A stretch of 64,000 nt of DNA from Felis catus (Eukaryota), in NCBI RefSeq assembly GCF_018350175.1, contig NC_058375.1, positions 13,950,001 to 14,014,000 of the forward strand, given 5' to 3'. Position numbers and translations under genes: made by a program. Under the pieces are notes generated by a model. That model was not told the DNA's origin and did no database searches. It saw nothing but the letters and a program-made list of their open reading frames with translations. This document shows positions 1-51,861 of this stretch, in pieces. Every line of letters starts with the position of its first letter. The first letter of the stretch is position 1.

Positions 1-207
1 CAACATTATTTCTCTTGCTTATCTCATTTAACCTCCTCCACCAGAATGTTAAGCTCCATGAGGGCAGAGAGTTTTGTTGGATTTGTTCACTGCTATGACC
101 CCAGCCCCAAGCACAGCAGAACGGCAGATAGCAGGCCAAGGACCAGGTTTGTTCAATAGGTCACCTTCTCAGGGTCAGAGCCTTCAGCACCACCTGCAAG
201 GTCTCAC

Positions 208-24634
<24,427 letters not shown>

Positions 24635-24925
24635 GATAGGAGCCCGGGCCGCCGCCGGCCCGGCATGCACCGGGCCGAAGGCTCCGCCTCCGTGGACCAT
24701 AGAGTTTTGAGCGCACGCGCAGCCCTCGCTGGGGCCCTCGGGATTTGGAGGCCTCCGGGTGCGCTTAAAGTCGCCCTAGAGAAGTCTGGGTGGAAAGAGG
24801 CGGGCTGTGGCGCAGATTGGGTCAGGCACGCGCGAGGGCAGCCCCGGAGGGCCGGCCCAGAGGCCCCCGCGCCACCCGGGTCCTAACAGGCAGCACCGCC
24901 TTCCGACACATGTGCGTGCAGCGCG

Positions 24926-27900
24926 ATGCCCAAATCCAAGCGCGACAAGAAAGGTGAGTGAGGGGTCCTGGGATCCGGAGGAGCACCACCGGCTGGCTGC
25001 CAGCTGCGGTGGGGACGTGAGTGGGACGCCAGGGCCTCCGCGAGGAGCTCCGAGTGGGACGCCGGGAGGAGCTCCGCGGACTAGCTGGGAGCTGCGAGAG
25101 GGCTTCGCGACTGGGGTCCGGAGTCTGCTCGGGTCAGGGGAACGAAGACTGCCTTGCCGGGCCTTGAGTGCCTTTCCAAACAGCTTCTGAGCACCCGATC
25201 TCGCCTTGGCCCACCTTTGCCACCCTAGCCCGTCTTCCTTAGCTCTTCGCGCGCCCGCCACCCTGGTCGCTTTTCCTTTAAGACGGGTTTAATCCCAGAT
25301 CTGGCCTTTTCACTTGCCGTTGCCTCTGCCTGGCATGCTTATGTTTTGGTCTTCATGTGCCTGGGTCTGTCTCAGCTGACCGTTCATAAGGCATGTCTTA
25401 AAAGGCCATTTCTGACTCTTTTATTGTGGTAGTGTCTCTCCCATAATAGACTCTCTAGCACAGTCACCGAACAAATATACTCGGGAGCCTAGTACTATTG
25501 CATCCACACGACTCCTGAAACAGAACGCTACGGGCACCAGTGACAGTCACAACAAAGTTTATTGTAATGAGAGGCAAGGCCGATCGATGGGGACCAACAC
25601 TCTTGAACAGCCAGGGTACAGAGTTTTTATGGCCGATCACATCGTTTTATCATCACCTGGGAACAGAACAGAGAAACAGTTCCCAGACGAGTTAGAAACA
25701 GTTGCCGGATGAGGTGATTATTTTAGACTTTCTGCCGCTGAGTTGCAACCAGTGGATCTCCTTGACCTTGCCTCTGATGCTCTTTTCTTTGAACTTTTGT
25801 TTCCTTAGTTGGTGAAGCCTGATTTACAAGAGTATGAAGCATAATTTACAAGAGTAAAGCAAGGCTGTTATCTCTTGACCTTCAGTGTCAGAACAAAGCC
25901 GTTAGTTTTCAAGCTACAGTGTCAACACAAAGTTGTTATCTCTCAAGCTACAGTTAGTCCTACACTACAATTTAACCCTTGCAGTACTCTAGGCATTGGA
26001 GGTTACAGCAGTTACAACAAGAAGGCCTAGAGTCCTCAATGAGTTTAACATTTAGTCACTGGAAATGTTATCCCCCAAAACACCAAAAATCCTATACGGT
26101 CAGATTCTAATGAGTCTTGTGGACTCAAGATAAAGAAGTGATATTTCATATAATGCAGCCAGAGAGAGGTCTCTGATGAGCTGACAAGTGAGCAGAAACC
26201 TAAAGAAAGGAAGTGAGCAATCCACGGAGTTACCGGGGAGAATGGTATTCCAAGGAGAGGGAAGATAAAGTGCAGAGGGGCTGTGTGGCTGGAGCAGAGT
26301 AAGCAAAGAAGGGGAGGGAGGTGGGCAAAGAAGGCAGGGCTTTACAAGCCTTTGCAAGGAATTGGCTTTCACGCCCAGATGAAATGGGTAGCCACCTGGG
26401 AGCTTGAGCAGAGGGATGACAGGGTTTAACTTTTAAAAGATCACCCTAATTTCCTTGTTGAGAATAGTCTGGGGAAAGTGAAGCTAGAGGGCAAGGCTGG
26501 AAGGAATGAGACCAGCAGCAATCCAAGAGAGGGTCACGCTGGCTTGGTCCACTGTTGTAGCAGTGAACCTGGTGGGAAATGGACAGTGGCGTTCTGTTTG
26601 CCTTCCTGTGCTGCCCTTACCCTGACTGGCATGATTGATTACCTTTCCAGGTATACGCCTTGTGAGTGCCAGGCAGACTGAATAAGAAATAGCCCCTTAC
26701 TGGGGACACTCGTGGCCTTGCATTTGATGCTTTGTTAAGTGTTTGTGGAATGACTGGGTTCGGTAGAGGGAACCCTGGTGAGATGGCAAATGCCAAACCC
26801 TCTGGATATGAGGAAATTGGGCCCCAGCTCTTGGTAGAGGTGCTTGCCCTCCCCAAAGAGACATTGCTGCATCCAAACTGCAGAACAGGTTGTAGCAGAG
26901 AAGATGGAGTCCCCAGATTCATCATTCCACAGCTTAAGCCACCTCAGATTTTCTCTACACACCATGGGGAGCGGAGGGAGGGGATCAGGAAGGGCCCTGG
27001 CAAGCTAGGTATCCCTCTGAAAGCCGTCCAAGAACAGGAACAAGCCCTGCCCCCACACCTCAGTACAGCTTTTTAGGTTAGCCTAATAGGAGCGAGGGAA
27101 CACCTGGTTTGTCTAAGTGACAGGAAGTATGTCAAGGGATCTCCAGGCTCAGGAACACTAGAGAGTTGGCATTCTGGGGACCCTGGGAATACAAAGCCCT
27201 GGTGCCTTTCCTCAGGCTGGCTTGGTCCAGCTGAGCTACCAAAGGGGAGAAGGAAATGAGCCTGCAAGGCTTCTGGATATGTGTCTCATCATCTATCTTT
27301 TTCTTCTTTGTATTAGTTTCCTTAACCAAAACTGCCAAGAAAGGCTTAGAACTGAAACAGAACCTGATAGAAGAGGTAAGAGCTCATTCTTTTTATCGGT
27401 TCAGATTTTGGTTTATAAAGGTGGCTATAGGGTTGTCAGGGAAATACTGTTTTTTGTTTTGTTTTGTTTTGTTTTGTTTTAAATTTTTTTTTTCAACGTT
27501 TATTTATTTTTGGGACAGAGAGAGGCAGAGCATGAATGGGGGAGGGGCAGAGAGAGAGGGAGACACAGAATCGGAAACAGGCTCCAGGCTCCGAGCCATC
27601 AGCCCAGAGCCCGACGCGGGGCTCGAACTCCCGGACCGCGAGATCGTGACCTGGCTGAAGTCGGACGCTTAACCGACTGCGCCACCCAGGCGCCCCCTCA
27701 TACTGTTTTTTAAAACACACACACACACACACACACACACCCCACAACCACCACAGTTCAGCCCTTTTTCCGGTTCAGCCCTTTTTCCTCCAGCAACAGC
27801 ACCCAATAAAAACCCCCGTAGTAACGATTTCTGGTTTTCACAGAGCTCTTACTCTGTGCATGGCACCCCACTAAGTACTCCACGTGTGTTCCACTTCATT

Positions 27901-30900
27901 CATACGTGTCTATGAATAATGATCACTGTTATGCATCTAGGTAACAGAAACTTAGATTTGGTAGCCTGCCCAGTGTCAAAAAGCTGTACAATCACAGCGC
28001 ACCTGGCTGGCTCAGTCTGTAGAGCATATGACTCTTGATCTCAGGGTCATGAGTTCAGGTCTCATGACGGGCATAGAATTTACTTTTGAAAGGTGGGGGT
28101 GCACCTGGGTGGCTCAGTCGTTAAGCATCTGACTTTGGCTCAGCTCATGATCACAGTTTGTGAGTTTGAGCCCCACATCAGGTCAGGTGAGCTCAAGGCT
28201 TTGGGTGAGCCCTGCCTGCCTCTCTCTCTCTCTCTCTCTCTCTCTCAAAAAAAAAAAAAAAAAAAAAAGCTCTGGGGTTACTAGATGTAAGTGTACCAGC
28301 CAGCCCCCTGTCTACATTGCTCCAAGGCTGCAAGCTGGATGACAGTAGATTGTCCTCCAGCACAGTGATTCCTTTTCCATGAGACCGTGTCATGGCTGCA
28401 GCCAGCACTGTGGGCAGAGCAGGGCCGATGAGCCGCTTCTTCTTAGTAAATAATAAGGTGTTACAGATTTCCATTTCACAGGAGCCTTCCAAGTATGGCC
28501 GAGCGTTTCTGGGTTGTCAGTTAACGGGCAAAGCAAAGCGATCCATTCCACTCATGGCCACAGATAACCCATGTTAACAGATGTTGACCCATGGCCCAGC
28601 TGCCCCTGCGCTTTGAGATCACGCCTGCTTTGCCTCGGGGGAGCCCCTGTAGTCCGCGATCATGACTTCAGTAATGGAAGTAAGGAGGAAATGACGAGAT
28701 TAGAGCCTCCAGCTCTAAACGTCCACGGTTGTTAGGGACCTAGAGCAGATTTTTTCCCATCTGAAGCCCAACCCGTGCTGCCCCTTGAACTCCAGAACCC
28801 CATGAATTGTCCCGCAGCTTCGGAAATGTGTGGACACATACAAGTACCTTTTCATCTTCTCCGTGGCCAACATGAGGAACAGCAAGCTGAAGGACATCCG
28901 GAACGCCTGGAAGCACAGCCGGTGAGCAGGTGGCGGGAAGAGGGCCTTCCTGAGTAGAGAAGCAGCCAGGGTGCTCTCAGAGCAAGGGGCGGTTATTGAC
29001 CCTGCGGATACCACCTTACTAAGGAGAAAGTGCCACACCCCCCAGAGGCACTTTTCAGCTGTTAAAACTGGCCTTGTGTTGAGCTTCTCAGGGGCAGGAT
29101 TTGGTAGTTGCTCAGGGAATGCCTGAGTAATGATCCCTCGGGAGAAGGGGCATCCTTATCCCTGGAGGCTGGTCCTTTTAGGAACGTCCCATCAGTTTTA
29201 AAACGTTGATGTGTGGGGCGCCTGGGTAGCTCAGTCGGTTAAGCGTCCGACTTCGGCTCAGGTCATGATCTCACGGCTCGTGAGTTCGAGCCCCGCGTCG
29301 GGCTCTGTGCTGACAGCTCAGAGCCTGGAGCCTGTTTCAGATTCTGTGTCTCCCTCTCTCTCTCTCTCTCTCTGACCCTCTCCTGTTCATTCTCTGTCTC
29401 TCTCTGTCTCAAAAGTAAATAAACGTTAAGAAAATAAAATGTTGATGTGTCCTCTGAAATGACACAGTGACTTGAGAGCCATGTGGCGGGTACCTGCCCC
29501 TCGGGTGAGTCTCTGACGGTACGAGTGAGTCCTGGTGTGGCTCAGACCGGTGACTGTGCCTCTTCCACGTTTCCAGATTGGGGCGCTCAGTGGGTCACGT
29601 AACACCCACGGGCTGGTAGTCAGAATACTGTGAACGTTGAGGTCTTCAGACAGGAAAATCACGAGAGGGGTCCTTGGCTGTGGACAGAGCAGGCAGGGCT
29701 GTGTGGAAGACCTCCTTCTGCGGAACAGTCTGGGCCTGCGCTCGGGCTCCCCGGAACCAGAGCTGGTTTGCACCTAACGGGGGGAGGGTGGGCAGGGCGC
29801 TTCCTTCATAGATCTCTCTTTTTCTGTGTAGGATGTTCTTTGGCAAAAACAAAGTGATGATGGTGGCCTTGGGTCGGAGCCCAGCTGACGAGTACAAGGA
29901 CAACCTGCATCAGGTGAATTTCTGGCCAGTGGCGGGATCAGTGAGAGCAAGGCCTGACTTACAGCTCGGTTCTCCTTTAAACCCCGGACTCAGAATAGCA
30001 CCCCTGCCCCACCAGCTCCTGACAACCAAAAACATCTCCAGATTTTGCCAGATGTCTAACGAGACTGGGCTGACCCTCTTTTGTTCTGTAGGTCAGCAAG
30101 AAGTTGAGGGGTGAGGTCGGTCTCCTTTTCACCAACCGCACCAAGGAGGAAGTGAATGAGTAAGTGTTACTGAGGAGCAGCAGGGAAGGAATAATCCTGG
30201 TACTCTGTACAGTATGGAGGCGTTGAGTCAAAACTGGTTCCTGGAACACTGCTCCTGGGTCTTCCTTCTCTGCAGCACCGTGCTCCAGGCTGACTGCTGG
30301 TCAGCAGCAGAGATGGACAGGGAGGTGTAGGGGTGGGGGGAGAAGAGGCCAGGGGGCCTGACTTCATGCGGGGCTGGGGGGCCAGTCAGGAGCCTCCCCT
30401 CTTACCACTGATCTTTTCCCAAAGGTGGTTCACAAAATACACAGAAATGGACTTCGCTCGAGCTGGAAACAAAGCAACTTTCACCGTGACCCTGGACCCG
30501 GGGCCCCTGGAGCAGTTCCCCCACTCCATGGAGCCACAGCTGAGGCAGCTGGGCCTGCCCACTGCCCTCAAGAGAGGTACGGGTTAGTCCCTGTAGCGGG
30601 AAGGTCACAACTTAGCTGCCAGGAATGCAAGCTTGTGAGCTCAACAGACCCCCTCTGGCTCTGTGGCTGAGCAGGTTATTTCTGCCGGCCTCCATTTTCT
30701 CCTGTGAAAGTGGGACTGAGTGACCACCTCTTGGTCGGGACGAGAGTGACAGTAACTTGCAGCCAGAATTCAGCTAAAGGACACAAGGGAGGCTTCATCC
30801 CCCCACAGACCCTCCTGAACGCTTGCTGGTTTAGCACGAGTGTGCTGGGGTTGGGCAAGGTGGAGTGGGGTCGGGGGTGCCAGCCAGCCCCCTCCCGGCT

Positions 30901-31306
30901 CTGGGCAGCGGGCAGAGAGCTGTGCACAGGCCTCTGTGCAGAAGTCACTGTGTGGGGTCCCCTTCTCTGTAGGTGTGGTGACCCTGCTGTCTGACTACGA
31001 GGTGTGCAAGGAGGGCGACGTGCTGACCCCAGAGCAGGCCCGCGTGCTGGTGAGTCTGACCCCTTCTGCATCCTGTGGCCTGTAGCACAAGGGACCACGG
31101 CCACTTCGTGCCACACATGCTCCTCCTGACCATTGGTTCCCTTTACACATCTCTTGCAGAAGCTTTTTGGGTATGAGATGGCTGAATTCAAGGTCACCAT
31201 CAAATACATGTGGGACGCACAGTCTGGAAGCTTTCAGCCGATGGGAGAGGACTTGCCTGAGAGTGCGCCCGAGTCAGCAGAAGAATCAGAGGGTGAAGAC
31301 GACTGA
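24926..31306 (+). CDS. MRTO4: mRNA turnover protein 4 homolog (60S biogenesis factor, uL10 paralog), complete, 238 aa
   Basis: Exons 24926-24953 (MPKSKRDKK), 27317-27375, 28818-28921, 29832-29913 ([17 protein letters not shown]), 30092-30159, 30425-30576, 30973-31049, 31160-31306 (TGA). Total 717 nt, all introns GT-AG. Confidence 0.97.
25496..25983 (-). mobile_element. Solo ERV LTR in MRTO4 intron 1
   Basis: ~488 bp with TATTG...CA ends and a 4-bp TSD GTAC. On the minus strand: AATAAA (25558-25563) and a TATA-like CATAAAAA (~25623-25630). Short internal direct repeats near 25860-25955. Confidence 0.65.
27450..27697 (-). mobile_element. Young felid CAN-SINE in MRTO4 intron 2
   Basis: CpG-intact body, TSD ATACTGTTTTT, (TTTTG)n tail. 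Confidence 0.92.
27716..27740 (+). repeat. (CA)n microsatellite
   Basis: Direct reading. Confidence 0.85.
29215..29440 (+). mobile_element. CAN-SINE
   Basis: TSD AAAA(C/T)GTTGATGTGT. Confidence 0.9.
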
Positions 31307-31755
31307 CAGGCGCTTGGGGCCAGGACACATGGGACTGCCGCCCCGCTGGGGGAGCAGCAGGGGAAGACAGATGGACTGCTTTTCTATAAGGTGTAAAACT
31401 ATCTGCAGGATGACTCCCTGTGGACAACAAAGAGGAATTTTCCTAGAAAAAAGACCTTGGCTTGGGCTTTGGTTTGGATTCCTAGGATGCCTTTCCTTTA
31501 CCGCGAGCCAGCTTCCCGCGCTGGCTCCTGCGTGACGGCTGGGGTGGGAGAGCCGCCACCTACACTGGCAATTCGCTCCTCTGGCCTCTGTGTCCCCCTA
31601 CTGGACACGGGGTTTGCCAAGGAATACGGGAGCCCTGGCCGCACTTCCTTCCGCTTTCTTCCCCTCCTCCCAAACCAGGGCCGGGAGTCTTACAGAGAAG
31701 GAGGGACACTTTCACTAAGATGAGAGTAAAGCCACTGCTGAAACCCAGAGCAGAT

Positions 31756-31761
31756 ATTAAA
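31756..31761 (+). terminator. Candidate MRTO4 poly(A) signal ATTAAA
   Basis: Hexamer ~450 nt after the stop codon; an alternative AATAAA lies at 32196-32201. Confidence 0.4.
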
Positions 31762-32312
31762 ACTGCTCAACAGCATACCAGGACCTCTTATTCTTGGTAG
31801 TGACTCCAGCGGTAGGTTTTTACCTAAATTGTTCTTGGTGGCGAGTATCCCGCGAAGGATCTCTGAGTGACAGGAAATCTTCGGGATGTGTGGCCCTCTT
31901 TCTCTTTTGTGTGTAGCAGCATGAGTGCCATCTCCAGCCGCAGTGTCGAGAGATCAGGCTGGATTCAGGACAGGAGGCTGGGAAGCCTAATCCGTGCTCC
32001 TGCCCTCTCCCCCCAAGCCCTCGGCAAGGACAGGAACCAGGCTGCAGGCAGCAGAGGAAACAGATTCACCAGGTTCGCTCCCGGGCTGGGCAGCCAGGTC
32101 TAGCACCCGCTTTGTCCAAGCAGGAAGTGGCCGAGTGGACCACAGCCCCAGCCCTTTCACGTGAAGGCAGCTGGGGGCACTGTGGGAATAGAGGAAATAA
32201 ACAGCTTGTGAACTGGGACTGGGGAGAGAAAACAGGCTCACTAAAGCCGTTTAAGGCCCAGGGTGAAAGTGTGAAAGACGAGGCCCTCTGCCACCTCAAG
32301 CCAGCACTGGCC

Positions 32313-39400
<7,088 letters not shown>

Positions 39401-40034
39401 TGAGCTAGTTCTGAGGGTTTCCAGCGAACCCGAAGGCCAACGGCTGGCCCTCCTGGGGCCTGGCTGCCATGTCTCCCCACATCCCTCGGCCTCCCCTCGC
39501 CCTGAACTGTTCCGGGGGCCCAGCGTCGTTCCGGAGGGAGTTTTCCTACGCGCTGAAGTGTCCCGATGTGAGAGGCCTTGGCTGGGGGAATGTGGCCCTC
39601 GGGGCTGTCCCGCTACCGTGCGGTCCCAGAAGTGGGTGTGTGATCCCTCCAGTTCCGACTTGCCAAAGGCTTTAGCCCGAGGCCCTGTGGAGTGACAAGC
39701 AGAGACAGTCAGCCTCGGATTAATCTATCCCAGCAAAAATACCTTTCCAACAGGAAGGCAAAATAAAGGCTCTGTTCAGACAAGCAGAGGGACAGGGCAT
39801 TCACAGCAAACTTTCACTGTTAGAAGTATTTGTAGACCGAAGGAATTCGATTTTCGAATTTACCCACACAAAACATGAGGGGTGCTGGAGGTGGTCAACG
39901 TGGGTGAATACAAAACACATTTGTTTAACCTTTAAAAAAAGATCACTGCGTTTTTATAAAATTAAACAGAAGTTTACCATATGACTCCCCGAAAGCCTAT
40001 GTTCACACAAAAGTCTACACACCTGTGTTTTAAA

Positions 40035-40400
40035 TTTTTTTTTAATGTTTATTTAGTTTCGAGAGACGGAGTGTGAGTGGGGGAGGGGCAGAGAGAGAGG
40101 GAGACACAGAATCGGAAGCAGGCTCCAGGCTCTGAGCTGTCAGCACAGAGCCCGACGCGGGGCTGGAACTCACGGACCGCGAGATCATGACCTGAGCTAA
40201 AGTTGGATGCTTAACCGACTGAGCCACCAAGGTGCCCCTAAATTTTTTTTTTAATATTTACTTTTGAGAGACAGAGAGAGACTGTGAATGGGGGAAGAGG
40301 AGAAAGAGAGGGAGACAAGGATCGGAAGCAGGCTCTGTGCTGGTAAGAATATTACCTGAGCTGAAGTCGGAGGCTTAACCTACTGAGCCACCCAGGTGCC
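40035..40400 (-). mobile_element. Two tandem CAN-SINEs
   Basis: Reverse-complement SINE bodies. Confidence 0.85.
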
Positions 40401-41270
40401 TGGGAACCATCCATTTTATTGTGGGTGAAGACAAAGAAGGGTGACTGCTTTTGTAGAGAATGACATTTTGTCTGTAAGGTATCTCCCTCTAGCTGACAAA
40501 TGGGACATTTCTTAGAACAAAGAGCCTGATTGGTGGTTTGGTCTAGAATTTCCAAGTTAAGCCCCTTTCCTTACTTCACGTTTAGCAAGCTCTGAGTGTT
40601 GACTTCTGCTGCTTGCCTCCCTTGCCCAGAGCTAAACCCATATTTCCGCACCGGGAATGCTCAAATTCCAGCCATCAGACCTGGGATTTTCTTTTCCAGC
40701 CTTGGGTGCCTCCTGCTTGGAGGAGGGAAACGGGGCTCCTGGCTGCCCATGCCACACTTCCAGCAGCACGAGACCCAGGGCTAAGTAAGGCTGAGTGTCT
40801 TACAGATGACAAGGAGACAGGATGCTTTCACTAAGAGTAAAGCCATTCCTGAAATTGAGTTTGCGAAAAACGTTCCGCAGCATCTTAGGAGGTGCCCGGG
40901 AGCGTCTTTATTCTCTAATGGAAGGTTTTGGCCTTGATGATTCTAAGTACCTCCATTTCATGAGGAGATTCTGAATAAGAGAAAATGCCCTTCAGGGTGT
41001 ATGGCCTACTTTTCTTCCTTTGTGTACAGCAGAGTGAGGGCCAGCTCAAACCTGCTGTTGAGAGTTCAGGCTGGATTCGGACAGAAGGCAGGGGAGACCC
41101 TCGAGAGGGCAGCCTGCACTGTACCTCTGCCCTCCAGAGACTCCATCTCATGGTTCTGCTCCTCTCGCAGGAAGCCCCTAGGCAGGATGAAAACTGGTCG
41201 CAAATAAGTCAAGGAGATAGGTTCATGGGGTTTACTCAAGGCCTGGGCTACAGCCAGGTCAAGTGCCTGC

Positions 41271-41276
41271 TTTATT
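41271..41276 (-). terminator. Candidate AKR7A2 poly(A) signal AATAAA
   Basis: TTTATT on the plus strand ~213 nt past the stop codon. Confidence 0.55.
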
Positions 41277-41488
41277 CAGACAGGAACTTCCCAAGGGGAC
41301 CACAGCCCCAGCGTTTCCACATTCTGAGGGCAACTAGGAACCAGACGGGAATCTAGAAAAATAACGCATTGATCCAGACAATCAAAAAGACCACACTAAA
41401 TCAACTTAAGGCAGACTGGTCAGGGTGAGAGAACAGAAGATGTGACGGAAAGGAGAGAAACCTTTGGCAGCTCGGGCCAGGGTGCGGC

Positions 41489-48813
<7,325 letters not shown>

Positions 48814-51800
48814 GAGGTCGGCGCCTGCGCGCTGAGGCGCTTCGAGCCCCGCCCACCCGCCGCCAGAGAGGAGCCTGGAGGCGGTGAGGGAACGGAGACA
48901 AGCTGCGCACAGCCCCACCGCGCACGCTCCGCTTGCTCGCACCGCCCCCAAGGTCTATAGACTCCGCCCACGGCGCAGGAGGCGGAGCCGCGCGGCTCAG
49001 GGGCGGGGCGGGGTTTCGGGTCAGCTGACCTAGGCTGTGGAGACTCAACCCAGAAGCCGGAGCTGTGCTGTGGATCTTGGCGCGGTGAGGCAGGTTTGAG
49101 GCTGGGGGCAAGGATGACGGCTGCGGGTCGGGACTCTGGGGCGTCTCTGCCACATTTTCCAATAACCTCCTCCAGCCCCTAGACCGTCTTGGGGCTTCTG
49201 TCCCCTCCTTCGGGTACGAGATCCCGGGACAAGGCTCTGAGCCGGGATTAGGTGGCCCCTGGGGGGCATACGTTCCCCTCCTGAGCATGGCCTCTCAGCC
49301 GAGCCTGTCCAGGGATTAGTATCTGAGTCCCCTGTTCACCTCCTGGTTCCGGCGGTCGGCCCCCGTCGTGTCCGACGGCTTTGTTTTCTCCAGGGCAGGC
49401 CATGGGAGGGGGCCTCGCGGCGACTGAGCGCTGACCCCAGCAGCTGCCCTGTCATTATCCGCGCCAAACAGGCGGCTCGCGCGGGGCTGAGTCACCAGGT
49501 GGCCACGGACCTGGAGGCCTTGGAGTGGGTGGTATCCACCAGCGGGGACGCCCCTCCCCTCCACAGACGCCGCGGTTCTGTTGGGAGCCCAGATTGCCTC
49601 CTCCCCTCATGCCTAGGACAAGTTTTCAAGTGTGTACATTGGGAGGCTGGGTTTGGAAGACTGGCGCGGGTCTTGTCCATTCAACACTTAAAGGCTGCTT
49701 TGCGCCAGGGACTTGCGGAGGGCGGTAGAGGAGCGGGGGACACGAGGCAACCAGTGCTTAGCCTGTACCGGGTACCATCCTCATTTCTTGGCCTCAATTA
49801 TGTCATTTAATTCTGCAGTTTGTAATTCTGCAGTCTAGGAGATGGATACCTAGGTTATCCGCCCCCCCCCCCCCCCCGCCCCATTGTATAGATTGGAATT
49901 CTGAGGCTCAGTCACTTGCCCCGGAGTTCTATACCTTGTAGGCATCAGGCAGGTCAGTTCTAGGGTGTTCTCTCCTCAGACCTAGGTCATCTGAACTCAC
50001 GACTAGTTTCTTTCCTTCCTTCCTTCCTTCCTCCTCTTTCCTTTCTATATTCCTCTCTGTCTCCTCTTTCTTCCTCAGCACTTTCTGAACCTTTATTGTG
50101 CAGCTGGTGTTTCCAGCCCTGAGAGTCCGTCACAGCTAGGGTGAAGGGAGGGGTGTGGGCTTGAAGAGCAGGATTAGCTGAGGAATGTGATAAGCATTCT
50201 TCAGGTATGTGAAGGGGGGGGCGGTGGGGTGACAGGTGTCATCCAGCCAGCCTTTGCAAGACCTCTTTGAGATGACATGTTAGAACTCGGTCTCAGTGTC
50301 TCCTTTACCAGGCCCTCCAGGGGCAGAAGGACACTCCTCGGGGAAGAGACCACACGTGCGGAAGCCTGGAGGCCTGCAGCTTCCTTGGGAAGCTTCCATG
50401 GGAAGCATCTCCGTGATTCAGCTTGCGATCCGAGAGAGGAACTTGGTATGGCAGGTGATGCCTTCTCCAGCACAGCCTTTCTCAGAGTGTGGCCGTGTGC
50501 ACCAGAATCGGATGGGGTTGCCCTTTTTTTTTTTTTTTTTAAGATTTTAATTTTAGGTAATCTCTACACCCAGTGTGGGGCTTGAACTCACAACCCCGAG
50601 ACCTAGAGTCACATGTTCTACCAACTGAGCCAGCCAGGCATCCCAAATCCCTGTGTTTAAGGCTGCTTCTTAAACCCAAAGACCCTGATCTGAAGTCCAG
50701 AGACACTGTTCCTGAATTCTGGACACGTACCCTCTGTGGTTCCAAGACACCCCTGCTGTGGTCCTTGTCAAACCTGTGGATGCAGCCAAACTTTGTTGGG
50801 ACCCCGGGCATCTGTTCTCACAGTGCTATTTGACCAAGAGGTGGGCCCCTTTCCAGAAGCCAGGCCTGGGGCCCAGGCTGGCTCTTTAGCTGGGTCAGAA
50901 CTTATAGGTGACGGGCTGTACGCACAGCGGCCCCCAGGGGAAGGCCCTCTGGTAAGGACTCATGTGCATCTTAGAGTGCCCTGAGTTGTACGCATGCCCT
51001 GTGCATGGATAGGAGACCACCCACCTAGTGCTCTGGGCCCTCTGAGCCAAGCTATGATTCTCAAGACACCCCCTTCCCTCACTGGGCATGTGCTCACCTT
51101 ATTTCCTCCCTAACCTGGTGAAAAGGATGGGGGGTGAGGGAGTGGCCTCAGGGTGGTTGAGCTATAGGGTTCTCATCCCTCAAGCAGTCATCAGCCTGAC
51201 AGCCAGTCAGGCGCTGGGCTAAGAGCCTCATATGTGCTTCATCTGCACCACAAACCCCAAGGAGTGAGTGTCATCATCCCCATTTTATAGAGAGGCTCAG
51301 ACGGGTTCCTCACTTGGGCAGGGCCACCCGACCTTATCTGGAAAACGGAGACCCTCTCCACTACCTCGCAGGGAAGTTACGAGGGTGGCGATGTATTCAT
51401 GTGATGGGCTGGATGGGCACACTCAGAATCTGTAAGAGGACGGCTGGGAGTCCAGTTGGGAGGTGGCTGGGGGACCAGAGGACTTGCTCTGAGATGCCTT
51501 TAGCCCAGCAGAGATACAGTTCTAACCTGGATTGTCTGTTAACCTGGGTGGCCTCGCAGGTGCTAGTGGCAAGACATCAGGTCAACAGCTCCCACGTGGG
51601 CTGTGCTGAAGGTCATCAAGGTGGGTTACCAGGATGCCGGTAGAGGCTATCAGCACCCTTTCTGGGCCCCGGAGGTACTGCAGAGAACCGGGCAGACAGT
51701 GACCTGGATGCCCTTGCCCCCAGCTCAGGGCCTCTGCTCGTGGCCAGTCACAGTTGGGCTGAGAGTCTCCAACTTCCTGAGAAGAGAAGCTGACTTGCTT

Positions 51801-51861
51801 CCTTTCCCTCCCTGGTGCTCCCAGGGTGCTGCGATCTCAGCACTTCCAAGGGTCTGGCCAG

